Shown: positions 53,501-64,000 of the stretch, piece by piece
Numbering within the stretch: the first letter of the stretch is position 1
Layout of the letters: every line of letters starts with the position of its first letter
Origin: Carpediemonas membranifera BICM
Taxonomy: Eukaryota > Protista > Fornicata
Reading direction: 5' to 3'
DNA length: 64,000 bases
NCBI GenBank assembly: GCA_019828565.1
Contig: JAHDYR010000004.1
Location: 186,001 to 250,000 of the forward strand
Position numbers and translations under genes: made by a program
Notes under the pieces: model-generated
The model's database searches: none
The model's input: only the letters and a program-made list of their open reading frames with translations
Told to the model about the DNA's origin: nothing

Positions 53501-54832
53501 TCAGAGGGCACGATCCAATATGTATCGCCCAGAGACAGGCTCAGACGTGAGCGAGATCCGCTCCGCCTCTCGAGTGCGACTCTGCCTGACCTAGCCGACA
53601 TCACGCCGCTCCACACTAAGGAGACAAGGGAGCGGGAGACACAGACCCCAGACCGCCAGGAAAGACCAGTGCCAACCCACAAGCTTGAGCCCCAGAAGCC
53701 CACGGACGAACCTGTGGTGGCCAAACCGCTGGTGCTGCAGGTGTCGGAGGCCGAGCAGACCGAGGCCGAGTCCGAGACCGGGTCGCCCCAACCACCAGCC
53801 CCGCCCCGACCGCTGACTCTGCCCAAGTCTCCGGCACTCCGGACAGTCGATGGCTCGACTGAGATTCCGCGAGTCGGTATGTCCTTCGTCTCCGGCCGGA
53901 CTATAAGCATGGACCCGCTCCCCGCCCCGATCATGGTCGACGAGACTACGTCCACCCCAAGACCTCCACCGCCTTCCACGACTACCACATCGCCGCCCCC
54001 GCTGATTAGACCAGCAGTGCAGTTTAAGGCAGTACAAGTTGGGGAGACGTACCAGGCGCCCCCGCCCCCGCCAGTAACCCTGAACAGGGGAACGTCACCC
54101 GGGGTGAAGGATACGGCAGGTGGACTGTGGCTGCCACCCATCAAGCGCGTCATCGATCCAGGCACTGGCGAACCCGTCGCTCAGGGTGTTAACGGCGAGA
54201 GCAGGAGGACGGGGCCCATCCCGAAGCCCTACCACGGTCTGGCTCACGGGGCAGTCGGCAGGACATCGGTTGTTGAGGATGACGGCACGCCCATTGAGAT
54301 CAACGGCCGCGGACAGACCATCACCCACCACTCTAAGCCTACCACACGGCAACAGGTCTCGCTTGGCAGGACGGCGCTAATGGCTCCAGCACCAGCCCCG
54401 GTCGCTGAGTTTGGTCAGGAGCTCGCCATCGATGTCAGGGGAGTCGGGTCAGACCGCAATAAGTCTGACAAATATAGGCCCAGGCGCCGGAGAACTGTGT
54501 CGCGTGTCACCCCGAGGAAATCTGATCATAGATTCGAGAGTCGATTGGATACGATATTGAATGAGTCACTTGAGCGGGCGGGCATCCCAACGCCAGCTAG
54601 CCATGCCTCAGAGACCCGTGTTCTCGTGCTAGAGCAGTATCTGAACCGCACACGGAATAAGATGCGTCGTATCCGAGATATGATCGATATGCAGGATATT
54701 CGCCGATCGACCAAGTTTGCTCACAGCACGCAGATTAAGACGCAGCTATCGCAGCAGCTCAGGCAGCTAGAGAGCAAGCAACGGCTGGTGCAAGGCTATT
54801 TGGAGAGGGCAGTTAGTCTGAGCTCACGCTGA
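50579..54832 (+). CDS. Large coiled-coil / disordered Pro-rich protein
   Basis: 1417-aa ORF with coiled-coil blocks and Ser/Pro/Thr-rich linkers. Confidence 0.7.
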   Translation: MPGASKGDAEITNDEPKKSADGQKRHGKSRDSKGQHGSNRPASKHPLGADNVDLEYNATKRAFRSKLVELDLSEKQVHERAARVSDRFAATLESFRTEFRTRTDAAKKLDMNTVKPVVELVDGCCQTLRLNDQGDECSESEEEFEDGDAALHRLAPNFATIRRGRPVRQLGDIEAWLSQLADSSVDESTLSILEKQLTLEGYELDAQKDDLLRQEKEAQSTRKAKASDLWSKIEEVVNGILAEGGSPEPDEETEEESNAPPTANKRLQAQLDAVRRQLDVANRKARSAAMECSTYKMDATKSGQRIAQMEIELNTAAAHSMDLENRLAVAEKRLGESQADSQSMQSELLNVRRRLEQTEKTRDSLQAMNDEAQRALQKMRLDTAMARAQTPPTPKARTPVSSRSRPGFSDPPQVETVSEGCQANPKAFDTWVQVNPTQPTTARRPADKNVQVELLVRPETVQGTQTLHPPRPATVTSSTSTENLAVGLPPRPLTVTMATPSTELRWTGFQPTGGVNDSDGDSDSGSESRGHGMEHSSIDAGRCSSQTLTRHALATSGAMSQDPFTASIRSLGSRNSSRALLPPGMERPVEREEDRISDESDIQSARSESDYGYDSTGESAHVTPAIPQLKHIASMDLPETPVSQQTQEFGNSDLDDSSFSQDSLSDDIPISHRSIEQFAGEAGPAGRLVALLQEELREEQRKVGDLTVEAERLSMVEPELSRLRERLNRATAELKTKDIVIEELSATLTTIQKKAGGEAQQPGEETEGTATEAGETTGPPAAGDSKPKSVLAAIADAPPTPAGIPPELASSLWGRVAQLEASASRVESLLSRPLDPADVQQRSPHNMAGAEAAAGLGVESSGPMRDELDDPPEYVLALGSRDGRRPSRVLLDNGQLIRAELSRMRAVSASLRSALGLVGSTDWSLDSSRVKAEPAVEESAEPDTPVFAPVARRDRACSPIVFPAQRVSLLDRVSSEGTIQYVSPRDRLRRERDPLRLSSATLPDLADITPLHTKETRERETQTPDRQERPVPTHKLEPQKPTDEPVVAKPLVLQVSEAEQTEAESETGSPQPPAPPRPLTLPKSPALRTVDGSTEIPRVGMSFVSGRTISMDPLPAPIMVDETTSTPRPPPPSTTTTSPPPLIRPAVQFKAVQVGETYQAPPPPPVTLNRGTSPGVKDTAGGLWLPPIKRVIDPGTGEPVAQGVNGESRRTGPIPKPYHGLAHGAVGRTSVVEDDGTPIEINGRGQTITHHSKPTTRQQVSLGRTALMAPAPAPVAEFGQELAIDVRGVGSDRNKSDKYRPRRRRTVSRVTPRKSDHRFESRLDTILNESLERAGIPTPASHASETRVLVLEQYLNRTRNKMRRIRDMIDMQDIRRSTKFAHSTQIKTQLSQQLRQLESKQRLVQGYLERAVSLSSR

Positions 54833-55785
54833 GTGTAGATATTTATGTTACTCGCTACTGGACATACATTACAACATGGTAAATGCATTACGATGGAGTT
54901 TCGACAGGAGTCGCTGCCGTGCTGGCCGTCTGCTTGATAATCGTTGCCAATCCGCGGTCCCCAGAGTGACTTCACCCGAACCTCTGCGTGTGAATAGGGC
55001 TTGATGCAGCCATCGGCCTGTGAGGTTGACAGAGCAGCGAGTCGAGGGGGCTGTGGGAAAATTGAATTGTAGGATGTGAACCAATGAGAGGCGTAGTTGG
55101 CAGCAGGAATGGCGGGAAAGCGCTTCTTAGTACATGAGCAAACCCAGGTTTGACGCAAGATGCCTTCAGAAACGCTCATTCATCCAGAAATCAATGCATC
55201 AGTTGTCTCCACGAAAAGACTGGCATTGTTCAGTCTCATCCTCGGTAGCCGAGCTTCTATCCACATTTATCGCCAAAAACGCTCTCGCATGTTTCCACAA
55301 GCTTCTTTTGCCGCGAGTTCATACCATCGTGCTCAAAGTTGTGACGCACAGACCGACGACGACTTTTCTGGGGCCGGTGAAGGGGAATGCTCACACCTAC
55401 TTTGACATAACATGGGCATATTCGGGGCGGGCGTGACGTCATACAGCGCTGTGGGCTTTCTTGTTCTCGAAGACCGGCTTGGGCGCGAAATACCGAAAAT
55501 AGTCGGAAATGAACTGGGTGTATACGCCTATAAGTTGACTATGCCGATGCCGATTTGAGCTTTATAGCTCTCAGTTTTTCCTGGTCGTCGTTTTCCCTGT
55601 TTCACCCATTTGGGGCCCGAAATTCGTCAAAAGCAACTCTGTACGGATCAAGCTATCTGCAGTGAAACGGTCCATTAATCGAACAAGGGTCGACAAAGCC
55701 TGGTCCCTGTTGATTCTGTTTGGCGGTCTTTCGATTTCCGACCGCGGTGACTTTGGCGGAGTCTTCGTCACACAGAAGCGCACGA

Positions 55786-57446
55786 ATGCTCGTCGATTCT
55801 TTCTCTGTTGCCGGTAAGGCCGATACTACTGATTATAAGACATCTAAGTATGTTGTTTGCCACGTTCAGGCTCCCAATTCTCTTACTCTAGGTTTGTCTA
55901 CAACAATACCGAGGTTGAGATGAAGGACGGCCACGCTGTTGTCACTCCTACTCACAAGGAGCTCGAGATCCGCATCAGCCAGCACGCCCCCAAGACCGGC
56001 CTCATGCTTGTCGGCTTCGGTGGCTCCAACGGCTCCACTCTTCTCGGCGGCCTTCTTGCCAACCAGCACAACATCACCTGGGAGCGCAAGGACGGCGTCT
56101 GCAACCCCAACTTCTTCGGCTCCATGATCGAGAGCTCCACTGTCCGTCTCGGCACCACCCACGCCGGCGAGGACGTCTATGCTCCCTTCCGCAGCCTCGT
56201 CCCCTTCGTTGACCCCAAGAACCCCGACCAGTTCATGCTCGGTGGCTGGGACATCAACAACGACAACATGTACGCCGCTATGCAGAAGGCCGCCGTCCTC
56301 GACGTGACCCTGCAGCACAAGCTCCGCCCCTACATGGAGAACATCACCCCCATGCCCTCCGTCTTCGACATCAACTTCGTCGCCGCCAACCAGGAGGACC
56401 GCGCCAACAACGTCATCACGGCTGAGTACGCCAAGGAGATGCTCGGCGAGGAGGTCGACACCACCGGCCGCCGCTGGTACGTCGAGGTCATCAAGGCCCA
56501 GATGCGCAAGTTCAAGGAGGAGAACAACCTCGAGAAGATCGTCGTCCTCTGGACCGCCAACACCGAGTGCTTCGCCCCCCATCATCGAGGGCGTCAACAC
56601 CACCGAGGCCGAGCTCCTCGCCTCCCTCAAGGACGCCGAGAAGAGCAAGCACATCGCCCCCTCCAGCCTCTTCGCCATCGCCGCCATCGAGGAGAAGGTC
56701 ACCTTCATCAACGGCTCCCCCCAGAACACCCTCGTCCCCGGCGTCATCGAGTACGCCGTCCGCAACCGCTCCATGATCGGCGGCGACGACTTCAAGTCTG
56801 GCCAGACCAAGATGAAGTCTGTCCTCACCGACTTCCTCGTCTCCTCGGGCATCAAGCCCACCTGCATCGCCTCCTACAACCACCTAGGCAACAACGACGG
56901 CCTCAACCTCTCCTCCCCCGCCCAGTTCCGCAGCAAGGAGATCACCAAGGCCAACGTCGTGACATCGTCGCCTCCAACGACATCCTTTACAAGCGCCCCG
57001 GCGAGATTGAGAAGCCCGACCACTGCATCGTCATCAAGTACCTCAAGTACGTCGGCGACTCCAAGCGCGCCATGGACGAGTACACCTCCGAGATCTTCAT
57101 GCGCGGCAAGAACACCATCGTCCTCCACAACACGTGCGAGGACTCCCTCCTGGCGGCCCCCATCATCATGGACATGGCCCTCTGCGGCGAGATGCTCGGC
57201 CGTCTCCAGATCCGCGAGCCCAACGGCGAGTGGGAGAACTTCCACCCCGTCATGAACACCATCTCCTTCTTCTGCAAGGCCCCCCGCGTCCCCGACCAGA
57301 CACCCATCATCAACGCCCTCCCCGCCCAGCGTGCCTGCCTCGAGAACATCCTCCGCTGCGTCGCCGGCCTCCCCATCGAGACCAACATGCGTCTTGAGAA
57401 CCGCGTCATGCCCATGATGCGCGAGCGCGGCTCCCTCAAGGAGTAG
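55786..57446 (+). CDS. INO1: Myo-inositol-1-phosphate synthase; intron 55848-55891; two apparent compensating frameshifts (~56580, ~56960)
   Basis: GFGGSNG, LWTANTE, then in the shifted frame [29 protein letters not shown], then back in frame [24 protein letters not shown]. Confidence 0.95.
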
Positions 57447-57653
57447 ACGACATAGTTTGCATAAAGTTTTGTGTTTTCGGTTCTTGAAGCGGATTGTCTG
57501 GGTCACTTGGCCGATGGCGAGGTCGCCTGGTCAAGCCTGCATTGCCATCGGGCAGTCCTCTCACCCCGCCCAGCACATGCCCCCAGCTCTACAACATCAC
57601 TGTGGCGCTGGAGCCCTTGAGCGATGGCCCTGGACCCACACGAGTGAGGCGGG

Positions 57654-59531
57654 ATGATGGGATCATTTCTCGGCGTGCAAATGACTACTAACGGCACGAG
57701 TACGGCAGCGAGCACCGCCCGCAAGCCAGTAACGCCTCGAAAGCGAGTTTGCGGCACGAGAACCGGGAAGACGCTTCCTCGACGCAAGGCCCCGCTGCCG
57801 ATGCACAAGCAGCTCACGAAACCCCGCATTGCACTGAAGCTGTTGAATGATAACAGTATTAGTGGCATGCCCGCACGTCCTAGAAGCCCTGGTATGGATA
57901 ATACTCTCGAGAAACAGACGTTCAGCACTTCAGGTCTAGAGAAGGAGGGTCTTCCTCCGAAAACACACGCATCGCCCGATATCATGGACATAGGTCTCGA
58001 CCTAGGCATCGCACCGAGCGCTACAGTCCACATCCACGGTGAGGAGGCCGTCGCCCTCTTCCGTGAATCACTGGCTGTCTCACCTTCCCAGCTGGGGCCC
58101 TTCGCCCACACTCTCGAGCCGCCCGAGCGGTCAGCCATCGGCATAGCGTCTGCCCTACGCTTCTCCACCTCAGTGTACGCCTTCCCCGTCTCCCGGCGCC
58201 TCCCCTCCGGCGTGTTGCCCGCCTACCTTCCAGGCATCGCCCGTGGAGTCCTCGCCCCAGACGGGGCCTCTGACGTGTTCAAGCAGACAGTCTACCTGCC
58301 GTTCATTGATGCCCTGCAGCAGACAGTTGCGGATGCCCGCCACGCCAAGACATCCAGGGTCAAGCAGGTTAGGGGCGTTGGGTCCTGGCCAGAGATGCCG
58401 GTGACATACGTGAGGTCTGGCCTCGGCGTCCTGGTGATACATGGCCTGACCATCCCCGCGGACGGATACGACCAAGACGTCGCTGTTCTCGAGGTCAACC
58501 CGAAGCACGCCGAGGAAGTTATGGCATACTTCAGAGAAACCACCCATAACACACAAATGAGCGGGACAGCAGTAACAGGCCGAGACCTAGCCCGGGAGCA
58601 TGCGGAGTACGTGCGGTGGCGGACCCGTAGTGACCAGTACGCCGGCCTCACGGAGTACACCACGGCTGGATCGTCCGAGACCGCCGCACGCAGGGCAGGG
58701 GACAACCACAGGGGGGCGAGGATGTGGACGGAGCTGTACGGAATGACTCAGGTGAACACGCTGCTGCCCGTTGTTAATAACGCGCTGGTCGAGGCCGTGG
58801 CAGGAGTGGGCGACCCTCTAGTCACCGGATGGGACTTGGCGCTGAGTCACCTTAATAGGATTGACCCGGGGCTGAATTTAGTGGTTATTAGTCTGGCACA
58901 GGTTGTTAATTTATTCCTTGACCCACCCGAAGTTTTAATTCCGATTATTTTTGAAAACATGCCCCAGATATTGTCAACCATGCCGTTCAGTCCATGTGTT
59001 ACCCACATAGCAGAGGATGCCATTGTCCCAGATCACAAGGGTCGGCTTGACGAGCTCGAGGTCGAGGTGCAAGTGGGTCTTGTACCCAACAGACGGTTCG
59101 TCCTCCTTGAGACGCTCAGGGTTTTATGCGGGGACACAGGAAAGTTCAGCGTCACCTTCCCCGCGCCATGCGGCGTCTACTTCAATGCGCGGACCTGCTT
59201 TAACCAATGGAAGAGCATCCTCGCCACCCGTGCCCGGCTGTACGAGGAGGAGACCTCTGTTCGACGCGACGTGGCCTCCAGCCAGGCCATCGCGAGGGTG
59301 ACTGGCGATGACTCACACGCTGGGTCGACTCACTCCATGGCGGCCCTGGATGTGGCGGGGCAGCTGAGGCATCGGCTGAGTCGTGCGGAGGATTTGGCGG
59401 TGAGGCCGAGCGGGGTCGCGGGAACGGCGTTGGAGAGTTACTACTGGTCGTTGGAGCAGCGCAGGCTGTTTCCGCAGAAGGAGGTAGGCTGGGAGGCCGG
59501 CGAGTGGTGGTGCGAGAGCCGGGTGGATTAA
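57654..59531 (+). CDS. Hypothetical protein
   Basis: 625-aa ORF, no family recognised. Confidence 0.6.
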   Translation: MMGSFLGVQMTTNGTSTAASTARKPVTPRKRVCGTRTGKTLPRRKAPLPMHKQLTKPRIALKLLNDNSISGMPARPRSPGMDNTLEKQTFSTSGLEKEGLPPKTHASPDIMDIGLDLGIAPSATVHIHGEEAVALFRESLAVSPSQLGPFAHTLEPPERSAIGIASALRFSTSVYAFPVSRRLPSGVLPAYLPGIARGVLAPDGASDVFKQTVYLPFIDALQQTVADARHAKTSRVKQVRGVGSWPEMPVTYVRSGLGVLVIHGLTIPADGYDQDVAVLEVNPKHAEEVMAYFRETTHNTQMSGTAVTGRDLAREHAEYVRWRTRSDQYAGLTEYTTAGSSETAARRAGDNHRGARMWTELYGMTQVNTLLPVVNNALVEAVAGVGDPLVTGWDLALSHLNRIDPGLNLVVISLAQVVNLFLDPPEVLIPIIFENMPQILSTMPFSPCVTHIAEDAIVPDHKGRLDELEVEVQVGLVPNRRFVLLETLRVLCGDTGKFSVTFPAPCGVYFNARTCFNQWKSILATRARLYEEETSVRRDVASSQAIARVTGDDSHAGSTHSMAALDVAGQLRHRLSRAEDLAVRPSGVAGTALESYYWSLEQRRLFPQKEVGWEAGEWWCESRVD

Positions 59532-59681
59532 AGTGCACCGGGAGCGGGGATATGAGCATGGCTGGGGGTGTAGCATTGGTGTCGTGTCTTCAGTATAGTC
59601 TATGCTGCTCTATGATCACTGTGCTATGGCCTCGGTGAGAGAGTGCAGTTTATGTTTCGCCATCGCAGCGACGGAACAAGA

Positions 59682-60896
59682 ATGGAAGTGGTGGACAAAA
59701 GCGACATTGCTTACTCGATTTTCAACGCAAACCTTGATGTTCTGGCTGTGATCGTCGACAAAAAGGACACTGCCAAGGCCAAGAAGGCTCTCCTCAGCAA
59801 CAAGACGCTCAAACTCATTCACAGAGTGAACGTTCCACCAATTAGACCAGATGAAAAGGATATCACTAAGAATCAGATCCTCATGTCGAAGGAGAGCACC
59901 GAGGAAGCCATCAACGCCGCGATGGAACCCATGGGCATCACCTTCACCGTCTCCAAGCGAACAGTAGCGCTGGACTACTCAAAGCACGACTACAAGCAAG
60001 CCCTTAAGAAGCTTCTCCCCGCCGGGCTCGAGCTCCCCCTGTCGTTCGAGACTGTTGGCCATCTCGCCCACGTGAACCTCCTGGATGCCCACGGGCCGCA
60101 CCGCTTCAACATAGCCAAGGTGTTTCTCGACAAGCACCCTAAGATCACAACAGTGGTGAACAAGACATCGGAGATCAGCAACGAGTTCCGGGTTTTCCCC
60201 ATGGAAGTCATCGGAGGTCGGCCCGACTTCGGGGTCGCAGTCAAGGAGGGCGGGTGCACGTTCCAGCTGGACTTCAGCAAGGTCTACTGGAACTCCCGAC
60301 TGGGCACCGAGCACCAGCGGCTGGCTGGGGAGATCACGGCCAGGTCCCCCGGCAAGGCGGTGGTAGCCGACCTGTTCTGCGGAGTCGGCCCATTCGTGGT
60401 CCCGCTGCTCAAGGCTGGGCACGAGGTCTACGGCAACGATCTCAACCCGGACAGTGTCAGCTACATGGAGATCAACGCCAAGAAGAATGCCCCGGAGGCC
60501 TTGGGCCGGCTCCACCCTCACCTGGGTGACGCCAGGGCTTACATGAAGGAGCTGATCGCCCAGAGAGTCCCAGTGACCGACGTCATCATGAACTTGCCTG
60601 CACTGTCGCACAAGTTCGTGGACGTCCATGTCGGGGCATACCAGAGGGGCGACCCCCTGCCTGTCATCCATGCTTACGTCTTCGCCAACATTGAGGCCGA
60701 TGACCCACACACTGACGAGAATTTCCAGAGAGTGGCCATCGATCTTGTCACGGCAGAGTTGGTCGGGTCAGATTCGACTGAATCTGTAGATATGACTGCC
60801 CGAGTCATCAGGGATGTTGCTCCCAACAAAAGGATGGTTCTCGTTGAGTTTATGGTGCCTTGCGGTGTCGGGTATTCCAACAAGAGAGCTGAATGA
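59682..60896 (+). CDS. TRM5: tRNA (guanine37-N1) methyltransferase Trm5
   Basis: SFETVGHLAHVNL, TVVNK, DFSKVYWNSRLGTEHQRL, DLFCGVGPF, NDLNP, VIMNLP, RDVAPNKRM. Confidence 0.95.
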   Translation: MEVVDKSDIAYSIFNANLDVLAVIVDKKDTAKAKKALLSNKTLKLIHRVNVPPIRPDEKDITKNQILMSKESTEEAINAAMEPMGITFTVSKRTVALDYSKHDYKQALKKLLPAGLELPLSFETVGHLAHVNLLDAHGPHRFNIAKVFLDKHPKITTVVNKTSEISNEFRVFPMEVIGGRPDFGVAVKEGGCTFQLDFSKVYWNSRLGTEHQRLAGEITARSPGKAVVADLFCGVGPFVVPLLKAGHEVYGNDLNPDSVSYMEINAKKNAPEALGRLHPHLGDARAYMKELIAQRVPVTDVIMNLPALSHKFVDVHVGAYQRGDPLPVIHAYVFANIEADDPHTDENFQRVAIDLVTAELVGSDSTESVDMTARVIRDVAPNKRMVLVEFMVPCGVGYSNKRAE

Positions 60897-61005
60897 TGCA
60901 ATGGAGGCGTATTAAAGTCAACGAAGTGAGGGACGAACGAACGAAGAAGAGTACAGTGGGGATGGCCTTGGAATTGGAATATTACCACATTATCATCAAT
61001 CAAGC

Positions 61006-61728
61006 ATGCTAGATAGTGAAGCTACGTTCAAATACATTGTCCTCGGTGAATACAACAGTGGAAAGACGGCAATGGTCGACGCCCTCCAAGACAAGCCTGT
61101 TTCCAGGCGATATACATTCACAATCGGTGCCAACATGGCCGTATTACAACGCACCGTCAGTAACCACGCCATTGGCATCCGTCTGTGGGACATTGCCGGA
61201 ACCCTGAACGACCTCTTCCTCCGATACCACCCAGCATACTTCAGGAACTCACACGCAGCCATCGTTGCCGTATCACTCGCCCCCGACGAGCAACAGGACC
61301 TGGACGAGGTGGCCCGGCTGGTCGACATCATTCGCGAAAGAACCAGACTCGATGGCAAGGGCGGCGCCATACCGGTGTTCGTGGTGGGAACGAAGGCAGA
61401 CCTGGCTGAAGGGTCGGCACGGAGCGAGGCGTACGATGTGGCGCTCAGAGAGAGACTGGCCGACCTTCACGTCTCGGGATACTTTACAACCACAGCCTTT
61501 GAGAGAGAGACAGTCGACAAGGCGCTTGGTGTGATCAATGAAATTGTCTACAACCACTATGCCCTGCTGGGCCAGGTGTCTTGCGAGCCAATCAGACGAC
61601 CCCGCCGGCCCATTATCAAGGAGGTGCAGCCGGCCAGACGGGAGAGCGTGTGCCTGCGGAAGGGGCGCCGGACTAAACCGGTTAAGCGAAGAGAGATGCC
61701 GGGGAGGATAGCTCGGAGCTGGTATTGA
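61006..61728 (+). CDS. Divergent Rab-like small GTPase
   Basis: FKYIVLGEYNSGKT, YTFTIGAN, LWDIAGT, GTKAD; polybasic tail. Confidence 0.8.
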   Translation: MLDSEATFKYIVLGEYNSGKTAMVDALQDKPVSRRYTFTIGANMAVLQRTVSNHAIGIRLWDIAGTLNDLFLRYHPAYFRNSHAAIVAVSLAPDEQQDLDEVARLVDIIRERTRLDGKGGAIPVFVVGTKADLAEGSARSEAYDVALRERLADLHVSGYFTTTAFERETVDKALGVINEIVYNHYALLGQVSCEPIRRPRRPIIKEVQPARRESVCLRKGRRTKPVKRREMPGRIARSWY

Positions 61729-61800
61729 CTTGAATTACGTATTTCTCCAATGTAAATACATGGAAAAAGCACAGGCCACACCCTGACAGACTGCTGTCCT

Positions 61801-62537
61801 TTACACAACTTTCGTCTTGACCAGGAACTTCTTCAGGTCCTTCATCTGCCACAGCCCGACGCCGATGAAGAACGCGATTTGGAACACGGCGAAGAAGACG
61901 ATACGAGACCCAATACCTGCGTACTTGGTGCTGAACTTCTCATCGCGAGACTTGCTGTTGCCTTGCTCCATCTGTGTTAGTATTCTCTGTGAGGACGAAC
62001 CTTGATGATGTTGACCTTGTCCCTCAGCCTCGAGACCTCGCGAGTGAGGAGTGCGATCTGCGCCTTGTCCGCCACAGTTTCCTCGGTCTTCTCGGGCTCG
62101 CTGCCGACGTCAGCGCCCACGGAAACGTCCATCGTCACGCGGGCCCGCATCTTGTTTCTTGCAAAGACGTGCGCGTTAGTCTGGGTGAAAATCACACGAT
62201 ACATGCCATCATGCTGTGAAGTAAAGCCGAAGTGCCCGCCGTTCTCCTTGGCTGCTGCCCTGTAGACCACCGCGTCCGTGGGGTCTCGGACTTCGATGTG
62301 AATGTTGTGGCTATCACTGGTCATGGGGATCACTTTGTTGCTGTTAAGCCCTTGTGTGACGGTGACAGTTCTATATGAGTATTCCACTAGCACAATCTCG
62401 TCCTGGAAGGCATCAACGTAGAATTCTTTTGATGATGCACCCTCCATGTACCAATAGAGGCAGTTCGCCTGAATAGCCATCAGTAGCAGGCAGAGTAGAC
62501 CTGTGCGTACGACAAATGCTGGCCTAATAGTCGCCAT
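61801..62537 (-). CDS. p24/emp24 GOLD-domain cargo receptor, with a 29-nt intron at 61972-62000
   Basis: Signal peptide, GOLD-like HIEVRDP..GHFGFTSQHDGMY; splicing gttcgt..actaacacag adds coiled coil, TM and tail WQMKDLKKFLVKTKVV*. Confidence 0.9.
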
Positions 62538-62681
62538 TACGCTGTTTGATCCCTTCCGACGTGTTTTGCCAGATTTGACACACGATGATGTCACCACAAA
62601 GTACAGCTGCAACAAGCCCACCTATGGCCTCCAATGCACACAATTCACAAAGAAAAAGCTATTTATACAGCTGCGACTATA

Positions 62682-64000
62682 TTATAAACCAGAGTCTGAT
62701 CCCGAGTCAGAGAAGTCTCTCGTGCCCGTGTCAGTGTACGAGTCATCGCTTGAGTCAGTCATTGAGTTGCTGAACTGAGCAAGCTCCTCGACCTGAGAGT
62801 CTGTCTGGTCCGAGTTGGCGCTCAGCACCGTGGGTACGTCGAGCTCCTCGTCGGGCGAGTGGTCGACGTTGTACCCAGTGAGCTCCGAGGCAGACACCGT
62901 CGTGGTTACATCGACTGTGCTGGAGAAGCGTACCATGGGAGGCTGGCCGGTGTTCTTGAGCTCCTCTCTGATGTGCTGGGGGACCATCTCTGTCCCCACA
63001 ATGCTCATGACCCCATCAAACATGAAGCCCGGGTCCTGGTCGACAGATGCGATGTTACTGACCATAGTAGAGGCCGACGAGGAGGTAAACTTGAGCGTGG
63101 GCACGGTGCTGTCCGACGTCCCCCGGGGTGTGTCTCCAGACCATGTAAACGGCTCCACCACCGACCCACGTCTGTCCACACCGCCGTAGGGGGGCCGGCC
63201 AGCGTCGTCACTGACGGGGACGGGCTCGGCGTGGGACGAGGTGATGTCCATGGGCCAGGGGTGCGCGGGGATGACGCCAGGTTGGGTCTGGGGCTTCGAT
63301 CCCCTGCGGTGGCGGTGGTGCTCGCCGTGGCTGTGGCTGTGGCGGCGCCCCTTCTCCTTCTCCTTGTCCTTCTCCTTCTTCTCGGACATCCGCCGGATGT
63401 TCTCCAGCTCGGTCTTCTCGAACTCGAGCATCTCATCAAAGTGACCGGCGTAGAAGAGATCAACCGCCTTCTTTGCCATCTCTTCCTTCGTAGCCCGCGC
63501 CTTGGCCTTGATGCGGTCGCGCCGCTCGATCTCATTCCTCTTGTCGGCGGCCTGGTGCCAACGCTTCTTGCTCCACTCGTCGTACTTGTCTTTCCATTCG
63601 TATAATTGGACCACTACCCAATCGCGCGCGTCCTCGAGGGTGATGATGATCTTTCGACCCCAAGCATAGTGTGTCATGCGCCGCTGAAGCATAGCCACCG
63701 CCCCCCTGATCAAGCTTGTTGGGAACAAGACAGTCAGGTCGACCAGCATGATCGGGAAGATGACAACGGCGAGGAATGCAAGGAGGGCAATAAACAGGGC
63801 GGTGAGGTGCGACGATGTGATCGTCTCGTTCGTGTGCGTGAACGCCAGCCAGAGGAGCACGCTGAACGCCATGTGGGACGTGGCCGAGCATAGGACGTGG
63901 TACCTCCGTCTGTACGCCCGTGTGGTGACGATCACGGCGAGATAGCCGACGGTAAAGACGGATATGAAGATCAGCTTCGTGATGACCGAATCTGACAGCA
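62682..64000 (-). CDS. Hypothetical membrane protein (5' end outside window)
   Basis: Frame open to the window edge; TM helices followed by a charged, His-rich and acidic tail. Confidence 0.6.
   Translation of the reverse strand, partial: LSDSVITKLIFISVFTVGYLAVIVTTRAYRRRYHVLCSATSHMAFSVLLWLAFTHTNETITSSHLTALFIALLAFLAVVIFPIMLVDLTVLFPTSLIRGAVAMLQRRMTHYAWGRKIIITLEDARDWVVVQLYEWKDKYDEWSKKRWHQAADKRNEIERRDRIKAKARATKEEMAKKAVDLFYAGHFDEMLEFEKTELENIRRMSEKKEKDKEKEKGRRHSHSHGEHHRHRRGSKPQTQPGVIPAHPWPMDITSSHAEPVPVSDDAGRPPYGGVDRRGSVVEPFTWSGDTPRGTSDSTVPTLKFTSSSASTMVSNIASVDQDPGFMFDGVMSIVGTEMVPQHIREELKNTGQPPMVRFSSTVDVTTTVSASELTGYNVDHSPDEELDVPTVLSANSDQTDSQVEELAQFSNSMTDSSDDSYTDTGTRDFSDSGSDSGL

Noticed and set aside
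55857-56960. His/Arg-rich insertion domain in INO1
   Set aside because: Artefact of reading the wrong frame between two indels.

Overview
Gene-dense, GC-rich eukaryotic genomic DNA with short intergenic spacers and very short (28-44 nt) spliceosomal introns (GTnnGT...[ct]tAAC...AG). Gene content and style suggest an anaerobic flagellate, probably a Carpediemonas-like metamonad; this is an inference, not shown by the sequence. Recognisable genes: glycerol dehydrogenase (3' end), Tam41, Arp8-like, Pescadillo, OSBP, two divergent Rab-like GTPases, APC1, DBP2/DDX5, GH5 endoglycoceramidase-like, serpin, TLDc, LPCAT-like acyltransferase, CFAP100, EFHB-like, INO1, Trm5 and p24. Two accessory systems stand out. 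(1) A Fanzor (eukaryotic TnpB-type RNA-guided nuclease) gene at ~13168-14880 (-) is split by two frameshifts but keeps all three RuvC catalytic residues. It is flanked on both sides by direct copies of a ~70-80 nt structured, omegaRNA-like scaffold, each followed by a different putative guide, and no transposase is visible in the window. (2) A multicopy WD40-ankyrin-TKL kinase family (two long copies plus a kinase-only fragment) varies in propeller number. Its near-identical WD40 modules differ mainly at top-face binding positions, as in fungal HNWD immune receptors.
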